Shown piece after piece: positions 1-7,973 of a stretch of DNA of 19,391 bases. This DNA comes from Candidatus Helarchaeota ASGARD archaeon Hel_GB_B (GTDB lineage: Archaea; Asgardarchaeota; Lokiarchaeia; Helarchaeales; HEL-GB-B): positions 1 through 19,391 of the forward strand of contig SUPR01000070.1 of assembly GCA_005191425.1 (NCBI GenBank), read 5' to 3'. Below the pieces are notes generated by a model. The model ran no database searches. It was not told the origin of the DNA and worked only from the letters and a program-made list of their open reading frames with translations. The translations under genes were made by a program, and so were the position numbers. Position 1 is the stretch's first letter; each line of letters starts with the position of its first letter.

Positions 1-1
1 G

Positions 2-610
2 ATTATAACAGGAGCAGGAAACAAGTCATTTATAGCTGGAGATGATATAAGTGAATTTGAAAACCGGGAGAAAGTTGATTTTGAACTACTACAAAATTTA
101 AATTCTAAGATAGAAAACTTTAAGAGACCAATTATTGCGGCAATTAATGGTTATGCACTTGGCGGAGGCTGTGAGTTAGCATTGGCTTGTGACTTTAGAA
201 TTGCAAGTGAAACGGCAAAATTCGGATTCCCAGAGATAAATTTAGGCTTAATTCCAGGCGCAGGAGGTACTCAAAGACTGCCAAGATTGATCGGTATATC
301 AAAAGCTAAAAAAATGATACTAACTGGTAAATTAATTGATGCAAAAGATGCTTTAAATTGGGGTCTAATTGATAAAATAACCAAGCAAGATGAATTAATT
401 GAAGAATGCCTAAAAATGGCAAAAATTTTGGCGGAAAAACCAATTCTAGCGCTTGAATTTGGGAAAAAAGCTTTAAACTACTTTATTGATACAAATATAA
501 AAAATAAATTAGAAAAAGAGCTTGATTTGGTCTGGACATTGAAAAACACTCCCGAATCAAAGAAATTGGTAGAAAATTTCTTAAACAAAAAAAGTAATCA
601 AGACAAATAA
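2..610 (+). CDS. Enoyl-CoA hydratase/isomerase (crotonase family), 5'-truncated by window edge
   Basis: The frame is open from base 2 (IITGAGNKSFIAGDDISEF...PIIAAINGYALGGGCELALACDFRIASETAKFGFPEINLGLIPGAGGTQRLPRLIG). Both crotonase motifs and both catalytic Glu (GGGCE, FPE) are present. The TTG at 182 in the ORF track is internal. Confidence 0.95.
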   Translation: MITGAGNKSFIAGDDISEFENREKVDFELLQNLNSKIENFKRPIIAAINGYALGGGCELALACDFRIASETAKFGFPEINLGLIPGAGGTQRLPRLIGISKAKKMILTGKLIDAKDALNWGLIDKITKQDELIEECLKMAKILAEKPILALEFGKKALNYFIDTNIKNKLEKELDLVWTLKNTPESKKLVENFLNKKSNQDK

Positions 611-1220
611 AATATATTTCACTTAATTTATTGTAATTATTAATAAATTTATTTCTTTTTTTGAATTTAATAGATATTATATAAAATTTATAGATTTTAT
701 ATCAAAATATTTTAGAAATTATCTCTTAATTTTTTTATTTTATATTCGTTAATAAATTTAAATAGAATTTTCCTCCAAAAAATTATAGAGGAAAAAAAAC
801 TTATCGATTTCAGAGGTAAACATTCTTTAAATACTTAGAAATCAATTTTACTTGTATATTTTACAATTAGAGAAGACCCAATAATATTAAAAAATGAAAT
901 AATCCGGATAACATCATTTCCACAAATTCAAAATAGATGGGTTAGAGAAAATATATATTCCAAAAAGTATTCGAAAAACAATTTTATCGGAAAGTTTAAA
1001 AGTTGTAAATTAATAGTTTTTTCAGCAATGGAATTTAAAAAATCTCGAAAATTCACCGAAAAAATTATAAATTTTCAAAATTTAAGTTATAAAATTAATA
1101 TTTAATTTATTTAATTTCAGAGTTAGAAAAATTAAGTTTATCCTATTTGAGGAGCTGAATAGAAGTATGGATTCATTATTTGAATTATCAAATTAAGGTC
1201 AAAAAGTAAAAAAGTAAATT

Positions 1221-1226
1221 TTTATA
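1221..1226 (+). promoter_or_regulatory. Putative archaeal TATA box (TTTATA) for a probably leaderless antitoxin-vapC transcript
   Basis: TTTATA lies 23-28 nt upstream of the ATG at 1249 and follows an A-rich tract. AGTAAA recurs at 1205, 1213, 1231 and 1257. The background is AT-rich, so specificity is low. Confidence 0.4.
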
Positions 1227-1248
1227 CCATAGTAAACTAATTAAACTT

Positions 1249-1533
1249 ATGAGTATAGTAAAAATTTCAAATAGAAAGATTTTAGACGATCTGCAAGCAA
1301 AGCTTATTTTACGATTAGGTCGAAAGATATCGTTGCAGGAAATATTAGATTTGTGCCTTAAACATGCTATGAATGATTTTGAAGAGTTAGTTAGGTTAGC
1401 CTCCAATGAGCCTGTATTAACTCCAGAGATTGCAGAAGAGATTATTGCTTTTTTCGAAAATGCAGAAGGTATCCCATATGATTTAGATGCAAAATTTCCA
1501 AATAAAGATGATCAAGATATTTATTCATTGTAG
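1249..1533 (+). CDS. Putative antitoxin (VapB-like; N-terminal DNA-binding region, acidic C-terminus)
   Basis: 94 aa ORF 11 bp upstream of a PIN gene. It has a strand-helix-helix-like N-terminus (SIVKISNRKILDDLQAKL...ISLQEILDLCL) and an acidic tail. The function is inferred from gene context. Confidence 0.65.
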   Translation: MSIVKISNRKILDDLQAKLILRLGRKISLQEILDLCLKHAMNDFEELVRLASNEPVLTPEIAEEIIAFFENAEGIPYDLDAKFPNKDDQDIYSL

Positions 1534-1544
1534 GTGGGAAATTA

Positions 1545-1976
1545 ATGGCAATTTTCTTAGATACAGGCTTTTTTTTAGGGTTATGTCATCCGAAAGACTC
1601 ATTTCATGAAAATAGTAAACGCTTATTACAGGAGATGAGCAAAGGTACATATGGATTAATTTATACATCACCATATATTATTGCTGAAACTTCAACTCTT
1701 TTGCTTATTAGAACTCATAATCATTTAGGATTATTGAAAAAGTTTGAAACATTGGTTTTTGGTGATAAAAGGTTCTTTCAAATATTATCCTGGACTCCGA
1801 CTCTTGATGCAGAAGTATTTAAACTCTTTTTAAAATTAAATAGAAAAGCAAAATCTAAAAAAGAATATTTCTCTTACATCGATGTGACTTCAATTTATCT
1901 ATGTCAATATCACCAAATTGAAAACATTTTAAGTTATGATTCGCATTTTGATATTATCTTAAACCGTATCTTCTAA
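1545..1976 (+). CDS. vapC: PIN-domain ribonuclease toxin (VapC family)
   Basis: PIN acidic tetrad is visible: IFLDTGFF, YIIAETST, SYIDVTS, LSYDSHFD. 143 aa, with a GGTGGGA RBS-like sequence upstream. Confidence 0.9.
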   Translation: MAIFLDTGFFLGLCHPKDSFHENSKRLLQEMSKGTYGLIYTSPYIIAETSTLLLIRTHNHLGLLKKFETLVFGDKRFFQILSWTPTLDAEVFKLFLKLNRKAKSKKEYFSYIDVTSIYLCQYHQIENILSYDSHFDIILNRIF

Positions 1977-2386
1977 ATTTATACTTTATTAAAAATTTTA
2001 AAAAATTTAATAATAAGATGATATAATTTTAAAATAACTAAAAATATCCTAAATTTTTCTTCTATTTATTCTATATATGTTCCTTCTTTTATTAGCAATA
2101 AATTATCAATATTTGAATTAGATTTTCTTTTTTTTTAAACCAAATTATCAGATAAAATTGTTAATAAAATACAAAATATTCCCAGAGAAAATAGCGATCA
2201 TTTAAATCTTAAGGAATTTCGGAAAACAGATCCTTTAGGTTTATTATTTTGGTATGGATGTTATTTTCCATTAGCTTTTTTAGATGATATTTTATAGGCG
2301 ATTTTTCTTATCTTTTTAAAAAATATAAATGAAATAAATTCTTTTCAATTTTAAAGAATAAATTTTGAGGAATAATTGATGCAATG

Positions 2387-2977
2387 TTATGATTGTATTT
2401 CTACAATAATCTTTTTTGCTTCCCCATAACCGAGAATTATATTTGAATTTCGCACTTGAATTTTCATTGGTCCTCGTAATGGAGCTTCTTCTTTGACGAG
2501 GATTTCGACATTTCCAACTATTCCAAGTTCATTTAATCTGCGAGTGACTACTCTGCCACCATCAATTCTAACAAGTCTACCTTTTTCGCCTTTTTTCAAA
2601 AAAATGAGTGGAACAACTTTTCGTATTTTCAAAAATTTTCTTATTTTAGTTTCAAATTTATCGGAAATAGTATGCTCTAATATATCAGATAATTTATGAG
2701 ATTCATTATCATTCATTTTCATAACAAATTTGAAAAAATTTTCGAATAATTCATGTTTTCTGTAAATTTTTTTTGCAATTTCAAGTCCTTTATCGGTAAG
2801 TATTGGATTTGAATGAATGAATTGAATATATCCATCATTTGATAGTTGCATTAAATCTTCAAAAATCTCTTCTTGAGTTTTAGACATGAATATAGAAATA
2901 TCTTCGTTATTGGCGAAACAACATCGATTTAGAAGATAAATAGTTTTAAGATAATGTTCAATTTCCTTCTTTTTCAA
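2387..2977 (-). CDS. DtxR/MntR-family metalloregulator-like protein fused to a C-terminal FeoA (SH3-like) domain; HTH degenerate
   Basis: Motifs EHYLKTIY, LTDKGLEIAKKIYRKHELFE and SDILEH, then a FeoA domain from about aa 121 (RRLNELGI...APLRGPMKIQVRNSNIILG). TTG start preceded by GGTG. Confidence 0.85.
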   Translation of the reverse strand: MKKKEIEHYLKTIYLLNRCCFANNEDISIFMSKTQEEIFEDLMQLSNDGYIQFIHSNPILTDKGLEIAKKIYRKHELFENFFKFVMKMNDNESHKLSDILEHTISDKFETKIRKFLKIRKVVPLIFLKKGEKGRLVRIDGGRVVTRRLNELGIVGNVEILVKEEAPLRGPMKIQVRNSNIILGYGEAKKIIVEIQS

Positions 2978-2999
2978 TTAAAACACCATAATTAATGAG

Positions 3000-3017
3000 A
3001 AAAAAATAAAAAAAAAA
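3000..3017 (-). terminator. Oligo(T) tract, possible archaeal intrinsic terminator/attenuator
   Basis: On the minus strand, T10-A-T7 immediately follows the stop codon of the 4-TM gene. Confidence 0.35.
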
Positions 3018-3482
3018 TTATTTGATATTTCGGATTTTCCATGCAATTGAAACTCCAGGAATTGAGAAAATTGACGCCCATAGTGCTGGAACGAAATCAT
3101 CTAAAGGGCTCCAAGATTCGAAATCTTCATTTCCAATAAGAAACATTATCCAATCAGAACCCATTATCATTAAATAGATAGCACCTATCATCAAAGCAAT
3201 GAGGATACCTCCTATTAAAAATGCAACACCTCTATCTTCTTTGTTTAAAAGCGGCTTTATGCCCATTGTAAAAATTGTTCCAATAATAACAAGGCAAATT
3301 CCACTAAAAAGATCTGGCGATATAAAAAAGGGAAATTCAAAGTTAATTCCCATCCAAATTGATATCTCATAAAATATTTGGAATATTCCAATTCCTATAT
3401 TAATTATTCCAAGAATAATACAGTATATAGCCATTAATCTTTTTGAGGAATTTGTAAAATGAATCCCATTAGACATCGTCAT
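3018..3482 (-). CDS. Uncharacterised membrane protein (about 4 TM) in the feo operon
   Basis: 154 aa with four hydrophobic segments. Its ATG overlaps the feoB stop (TAATG), with GGAGGT 8 nt upstream. Confidence 0.8.
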   Translation of the reverse strand: MTMSNGIHFTNSSKRLMAIYCIILGIINIGIGIFQIFYEISIWMGINFEFPFFISPDLFSGICLVIIGTIFTMGIKPLLNKEDRGVAFLIGGILIALMIGAIYLMIMGSDWIMFLIGNEDFESWSPLDDFVPALWASIFSIPGVSIAWKIRNIK

Positions 3483-4792
3483 TAAATTATACCTCCAAGA
3501 AATGCTATTCCAGATATGAGAAAACTTACTAAATATGCCAGAAAAAAACTATATGTCATTGAAAAAATGAACCATTTTTTTGATCCCAATTCTGATTTTA
3601 AGACACCCATACATGCCATACATGGTACATATATTAAGGTGAAAGCCATAAATGAATAGGCAATTACAGGATTGGTAAAAAGAGCCATTGCGGATACACC
3701 GATTGTTACTCCAATAACTTCTGCCACTAATTCTTTCGCAAGAAATCCAAAAATTAATGCAATTCCAATTATCCAACCCATCGATTCTACTGCAGTAAAT
3801 CCAAGTGGATAAAATACGGGAGCAATCCAACCACCTATAACACCTGCAAAAGTTTGTTGAATATTGCCTGAAATATACGCATTCCATGGGAAGTGGGTAA
3901 TCGCCCAAATAATTATAGACGCCCCAAGAAGAATAGTATAAACTCGTTTTACATATATCACTCCATGTTCCCACATGTGAATAGCTGTGCTTTTTAAAGT
4001 AGGTGATCGATAAGGAGGTAATTCTATGACAAATGGAGCTGGAGGTTTAGATTTAAAAAGAATTTTTCGGAATATTAACGCTAAAATTATTGCTAGAAAG
4101 ATACCCAACAGATACATTGAAAAAATAACAGTTCCAGCGTTTAAAGGAAAGAAGGCAGCAGCTATCCAGGTATATACTGGTAATCTAGCACCACATGACA
4201 TTAAAGGATTAATAAGAATTGTAATTTTTCTATCAGTTTCATCAGATATAGTTCTGCAAGCCATAATAGCAGGGATATTACACCCAAATCCCATTAACAT
4301 TGGAACAAATGATTTCCCATGTAACCCGACTTTGACCATTGCTCGGTCCATAACGAATGCTGCTCGACTCATATATCCACTATCTTCCAAAATTGAAAGA
4401 AAAATATATAATGCAAAAATCAGCGGAATAAATGATGCTAAAAAACCAATTCCACCTATAATACCATCTGCAAAAAACGAACCTAATATTTGAAGCCATG
4501 TTTCAGTCCCTGCGACTGCATTTGTAATAGCTTCGCTTGCAGCTTCAGTTGCTATACCAATAAGTTCCATAAATGGCGCGGATACTGTAAAAACAAATTG
4601 AAACATCGCCCATAAAATTACGATGAATATAGGAATCCCTAACCATTTATTTAAAAATACATGGTCTAAAATATCAGACCAAGTTAAGTGCTCTCTGGGT
4701 ACTTTTTGAACTTCGTCAAGAATTTCATTTACTATTTTTTCATATCTTTCTTCAATTAATTGTACTTCAAATTTTTTATCATTTTGAGACAT
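3482..4792 (-). CDS. feoB: Ferrous iron transporter FeoB, membrane part (gate-core-gate)
   Basis: FeoB membrane motifs: ILEDSGYMSRAAFVMDR, GLHGKSFVPMLMGFGCNIPAIMACRTI, PLMSCGARLPVY, FVIELPPYRSP, GFLAKELV, LIYVPCMAC. Confidence 0.95.
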   Translation of the reverse strand: MSQNDKKFEVQLIEERYEKIVNEILDEVQKVPREHLTWSDILDHVFLNKWLGIPIFIVILWAMFQFVFTVSAPFMELIGIATEAASEAITNAVAGTETWLQILGSFFADGIIGGIGFLASFIPLIFALYIFLSILEDSGYMSRAAFVMDRAMVKVGLHGKSFVPMLMGFGCNIPAIMACRTISDETDRKITILINPLMSCGARLPVYTWIAAAFFPLNAGTVIFSMYLLGIFLAIILALIFRKILFKSKPPAPFVIELPPYRSPTLKSTAIHMWEHGVIYVKRVYTILLGASIIIWAITHFPWNAYISGNIQQTFAGVIGGWIAPVFYPLGFTAVESMGWIIGIALIFGFLAKELVAEVIGVTIGVSAMALFTNPVIAYSFMAFTLIYVPCMACMGVLKSELGSKKWFIFSMTYSFFLAYLVSFLISGIAFLGGII

Positions 4793-4793
4793 T

Positions 4794-5495
4794 TTATATT
4801 ACCTCGTTAATTTTTTTCATTATTGGAGGAGGGATCTTCTTAATGACCTCTTGGTCGTCCTCTAGAATTTTAATTGCAGTCCACCTGATTGGATATTTTT
4901 TACTTAATTCTGGATATTCATTAAGTGTTGTTATAATTTTTTTCAAGATATTTTCTATTTCAGGAGAAAACTCAAAAATATTCCTTTTCAAAGGATAATT
5001 ACCGTCAAAAACCTCAATTATTTTGTCTTTTAATTTGTCCATTCCTATTTTTTTAGTCGCAACAGTGGGAATTACAGGAACTCCTAATTTTTTTTCTAAC
5101 TTTTTAACGTTAATTTCTATTCCACCTTGTTGGACGGTATCGAACATGTTCAAGGCAACTATAATGGGCACCTCTAATTCAAGAAGTAAAAGAGTTAAGT
5201 ATAGATTTCGTTCAAGTATGGTACTATCCACAATATCAATAATTACATCAGGTTTTTCTTCAATAATATAATTACGTGCAATTTTTTCATCAATACTGTT
5301 TGAAGTTAGACTATATGTTCCAGGAAGGTCTACAACATTAATTTTCACTCCTTTGTGAGTAAAGCTGCCAGTCTTTTTTTCAACAGTTACACCAGGCCAA
5401 TTAGCCACATGTTGCTTAGCTCCAGTTAAATTATTGAAAATGACAGTTTTTCCAACATTTGGATTGCCTATAAGTGCAATATTAATTTCTTTCAT
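4794..5495 (-). CDS. feoB: FeoB N-terminal GTPase/helical domain encoded as a separate ORF
   Basis: G1 GNPNVGKT, G2 NWPGVTVE, G3 DLPGTYSL, G4 NMFD and G5 TVA are all intact. The ATG at 5495 (preceded by GAGTTGAT) is preferred over the TTG at 5528, which lies inside feoA. Confidence 0.92.
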   Translation of the reverse strand: MKEINIALIGNPNVGKTVIFNNLTGAKQHVANWPGVTVEKKTGSFTHKGVKINVVDLPGTYSLTSNSIDEKIARNYIIEEKPDVIIDIVDSTILERNLYLTLLLLELEVPIIVALNMFDTVQQGGIEINVKKLEKKLGVPVIPTVATKKIGMDKLKDKIIEVFDGNYPLKRNIFEFSPEIENILKKIITTLNEYPELSKKYPIRWTAIKILEDDQEVIKKIPPPIMKKINEVI

Positions 5496-5511
5496 TGTAA
5501 TCAACTCAATC

Positions 5512-5754
5512 TCAATTTTTTTCAACAATTATTCCTTCTATTTCATGTTTTCTTAAAGTTAATTTATATCCACGTATGATAATTTCTATTGGATCACCTA
5601 ATGGAGCGCTTCTAATCATCTTAATTGATGTTCCTCTGATTAATCCCATATCACTTAGTCTTCTAATGTATTTTTTTTCACCAGTAATATCTACAATTTT
5701 ACCAGTATCACCTGGTTCTAATTCACTCAATTTCATTTTCATTTTATTTGTCAT
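5512..5754 (-). CDS. feoA: Ferrous iron transport protein A
   Basis: KLSELEPGDTGKI...RRLSDMGLIRGTSIKMIRSAPLGDPIEIIIRGYKLTLRKHE, located directly upstream of feoB. Confidence 0.95.
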   Translation of the reverse strand: MTNKMKMKLSELEPGDTGKIVDITGEKKYIRRLSDMGLIRGTSIKMIRSAPLGDPIEIIIRGYKLTLRKHEIEGIIVEKN

Positions 5755-5946
5755 AATATTTTCATCATAGTATTTTTGTTGATATTTAATTGTATTAAAA
5801 TTATATTAAAAGTCTTATAAAAGTTTTGGATGAAAATTAGGAACTTTAGCTGGTTTCTAACTTTTTTAGAATAATAACTTAGAATTAAATATTTTTAAAA
5901 AGATTTTTGCTTATTGATATGTTTAATTCTTTTTTCATAGTAAAAA

Positions 5947-5960
5947 CGAAAAATTTATAT
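5947..5960 (+). promoter_or_regulatory. Archaeal promoter (BRE CGAAAAA + TATA TTTATAT) of dtxR
   Basis: CGAAAAA-TTTATAT fits the BRE/TATA arrangement and lies about 55 nt upstream of the ATG at 6013. Confidence 0.6.
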
Positions 5961-5992
5961 TAGGTACTCCTAATATTAATAGTAACTCCTAA
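5957..5992. promoter_or_regulatory. Candidate DtxR operator: perfect palindrome plus degenerate second copy
   Basis: ATATTAGG-TACT-CCTAATAT at 5957-5976. ATAGTAACTCCTAA at 5979-5992 matches the core TTAGGTACTCCTAA at 11/14 positions. TTAGG/CCTAA are the outer arms of the classical DtxR box. Confidence 0.65.
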
Positions 5993-6012
5993 CATTTTTA
6001 GAATGACCTAAA

Positions 6013-6477
6013 ATGAACATTACGAGGAATATAGAAGACTATTTAGAAGCAATTTATAATATCACACAAGAACAAGGTTATGCTCAAACTAAAGAAATTG
6101 CTGAGAATTTACGTGTGACTTCTCCAAGTGTTTCAGGGATGCTAAAGAAATTAAAACAACTAGGATTTATTAATTACGAAAAATATTCACCCGTTACTCT
6201 TACTCCTAAAGGTGAACAGATAGCAAAAAAAGTTCAAGAAGAGCATACTACAATAAAATGTCTTTTGGAACTTTTATCAGTACCAAAGAATATTGCAGAC
6301 GAAGACGCATGTACAATTGAACACAACCTCCATAAAGCAACTATTACGCAATTAAAAAAATTTGTTGCATTTATTTATTCTTTCCCTACGCGACCAAGAT
6401 GGTTAAAATGTTTTCAGAGATATTGTAAAGATGAAAAATGTATTGATTTTGATTCTTGTGGTTGCGTATCTCCTTAA
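6013..6477 (+). CDS. DtxR-family metal-dependent transcriptional repressor with Cys-rich C-terminal tail
   Basis: IEDYLEAIY, canonical HTH (EIAENLRVTSPSVSGMLKKL), LTPKGEQIA and DACTIEH. Divergent from feoA. Confidence 0.93.
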   Translation: MNITRNIEDYLEAIYNITQEQGYAQTKEIAENLRVTSPSVSGMLKKLKQLGFINYEKYSPVTLTPKGEQIAKKVQEEHTTIKCLLELLSVPKNIADEDACTIEHNLHKATITQLKKFVAFIYSFPTRPRWLKCFQRYCKDEKCIDFDSCGCVSP

Positions 6478-6478
6478 T

Positions 6479-7624
6479 TTATTTTTTTAATTCTTCTTTT
6501 GCAATAATTAGGTTTTGAATTTCACTTGTGCCACCACCTATCTGGAAAAATTTTGCGTCCCTTAAATATCGTTCCATAGGATATAATGTTGTATAACCAT
6601 TACCACCATATATTTGTATTCCATCTAGTGCTATTTCCACAGCAGTTTTACTAGCAAAAGCCTTAGCCATCGAAGCTTCTTTTGCAAACTTTTCCCCTAG
6701 CATCGCAAGTTTTGCAGCGCCATAAGTAAGATATCTAGCAGCATTCATTTTAGTAGCCATCTCAGCAATTTTTATTTTTATTAATTGAAAATCTGTAATC
6801 AATCTCTCAAATTGTTTTCTCTCGCGCGCATACTTTTTTGAATCATTTAAAACAGCTAACGAAATGCCATTACATTCCGAACTTAGAGTTATTCGTTCAA
6901 TATTAAAAGTCGACATTAGTATTTGATATCCTTTATTTTCCTCTCCAATTAAATTTTCTTTTGGTATCCTTACATTATTAAATTTCAATACCCCATTTAC
7001 TACTCCATTTAGTCCTAAAAGACCATATGGATGTTCTATTTCAAAACCAGGTGTCCCTTTTTCTACAACAAAAACACTCATTCCTACGCGAGGATTTACT
7101 TTAGTATCAGTAAGACACCAAACCAAATAATAATCGGCTAAACCAGCATTAGTGATAAATTTCTTAGTCCCATTTAATATATAATCATTGCCATCTTTTA
7201 AAGCAGTAGTTTTAATCCCGGCTACATTTGAACCAGCCTCTTCTTCTGTCACACAGATACTTGCTATTTTTTCCCCAGAAACAATTTTTTTAAGGAATTT
7301 CTCTTTTTGAAATTCATTGCCAAACCTGTATAATGTATATGAATCTAATATACATGGAGTCCTTGTAACGGAAACAGCTACATTTAATTTTGAGATTTCT
7401 TCTGTTATCATTACATGTGATATAAAACCCTTATTCGTCCCATTATATTTTTCAGGTATTAATGGACCAATTAAACCCTTTTTACCTATTTTTCTTATTA
7501 ATTCAACCGGTACTTCCTTTTTTATATTAATTTCCTCTTTAATTGGGTCTAATTCTTTTGCAAGGAAATCTCTAATCTCGTTTCTATATTCAAAATCCTT
7601 TTTTGTATAAAATATTTTTTCCAT
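6479..7624 (-). CDS. Acyl-CoA dehydrogenase (isovaleryl-CoA-dehydrogenase-like catalytic arrangement)
   Basis: CVTEEEAGSNV, LNGTKKFITNAG, QIYGGNGYTTLYPMERYLRDAKFFQIGGGTSEIQ. 381 aa. Confidence 0.95.
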   Translation of the reverse strand: MEKIFYTKKDFEYRNEIRDFLAKELDPIKEEINIKKEVPVELIRKIGKKGLIGPLIPEKYNGTNKGFISHVMITEEISKLNVAVSVTRTPCILDSYTLYRFGNEFQKEKFLKKIVSGEKIASICVTEEEAGSNVAGIKTTALKDGNDYILNGTKKFITNAGLADYYLVWCLTDTKVNPRVGMSVFVVEKGTPGFEIEHPYGLLGLNGVVNGVLKFNNVRIPKENLIGEENKGYQILMSTFNIERITLSSECNGISLAVLNDSKKYARERKQFERLITDFQLIKIKIAEMATKMNAARYLTYGAAKLAMLGEKFAKEASMAKAFASKTAVEIALDGIQIYGGNGYTTLYPMERYLRDAKFFQIGGGTSEIQNLIIAKEELKK

Positions 7625-7973
7625 AAATTAATTTTAAATTTAAAAATTAATAAAATTTATTTCAGAAGGTCTAAATAAAGAATGACCATTATTAATTCTG
7701 ATATTTAAAAGCAGCTGGAATGTAGATAATTAGCGAAAATTTATATTAATTTTGTAAAAATTGTAAACATTACATAATAATCGATATAAATTAAGATTTT
7801 ATTTTTGATCATTTATAAAATGGATAATAACTATTTGAATAGTCCTTAGTTTCATTTCAATGTTTAAAATTATAAAAATTAACCTATAATTTTATAGAAA
7901 AAAACAAATAATTTATCTTTAGTGAGATTTAATAATAAGGCTTTTGCGCTATAATCAAATAAATTAAAAGAAC

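Noticed and set aside
770-793. TTCCTC-N12-GAGGAA inverted repeat
   Set aside because: 6-bp arms with a long loop are expected by chance, and it is not positioned as a terminator.
1188-1406. Minus-strand 72 aa ORF
   Set aside because: Antisense shadow of the antitoxin gene, with no motifs.
2090-2297. Possible degraded ORF (…KLSDKIVNKIQNIPRENSDHLNLKEFRKTDPLGLLFWYGCYFP…)
   Set aside because: Only about 53 stop-free codons, no start codon and no recognisable family; too weak to call.
2493-2699. Plus-strand 68 aa ORF
   Set aside because: Antisense to the DtxR-FeoA gene; Ser/Phe-rich shadow sequence.
3549-3974. 141 aa alternative-frame ORF inside feoB
   Set aside because: Fully nested in a conserved gene; its Trp/Cys/Tyr-rich composition is typical of an off-frame reading of a membrane protein.
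4026-5770. Plus-strand ORFs 4026-4493, 5023-5271 and 5576-5770
   Set aside because: Antisense shadows of feoB and feoA.
6479-7624. ACAD as a 3-sulfinopropionyl-CoA desulfinase, to fit the sulfonate hypothesis
   Set aside because: It retains an IVD-type catalytic Glu and looks like an ordinary dehydrogenase; nothing in the sequence supports desulfinase activity.
7752-7774. TGTAA-N3-TTACA palindrome between the ACAD and activase genes
   Set aside because: Only 5-bp AT-rich arms and no cognate regulator nearby.
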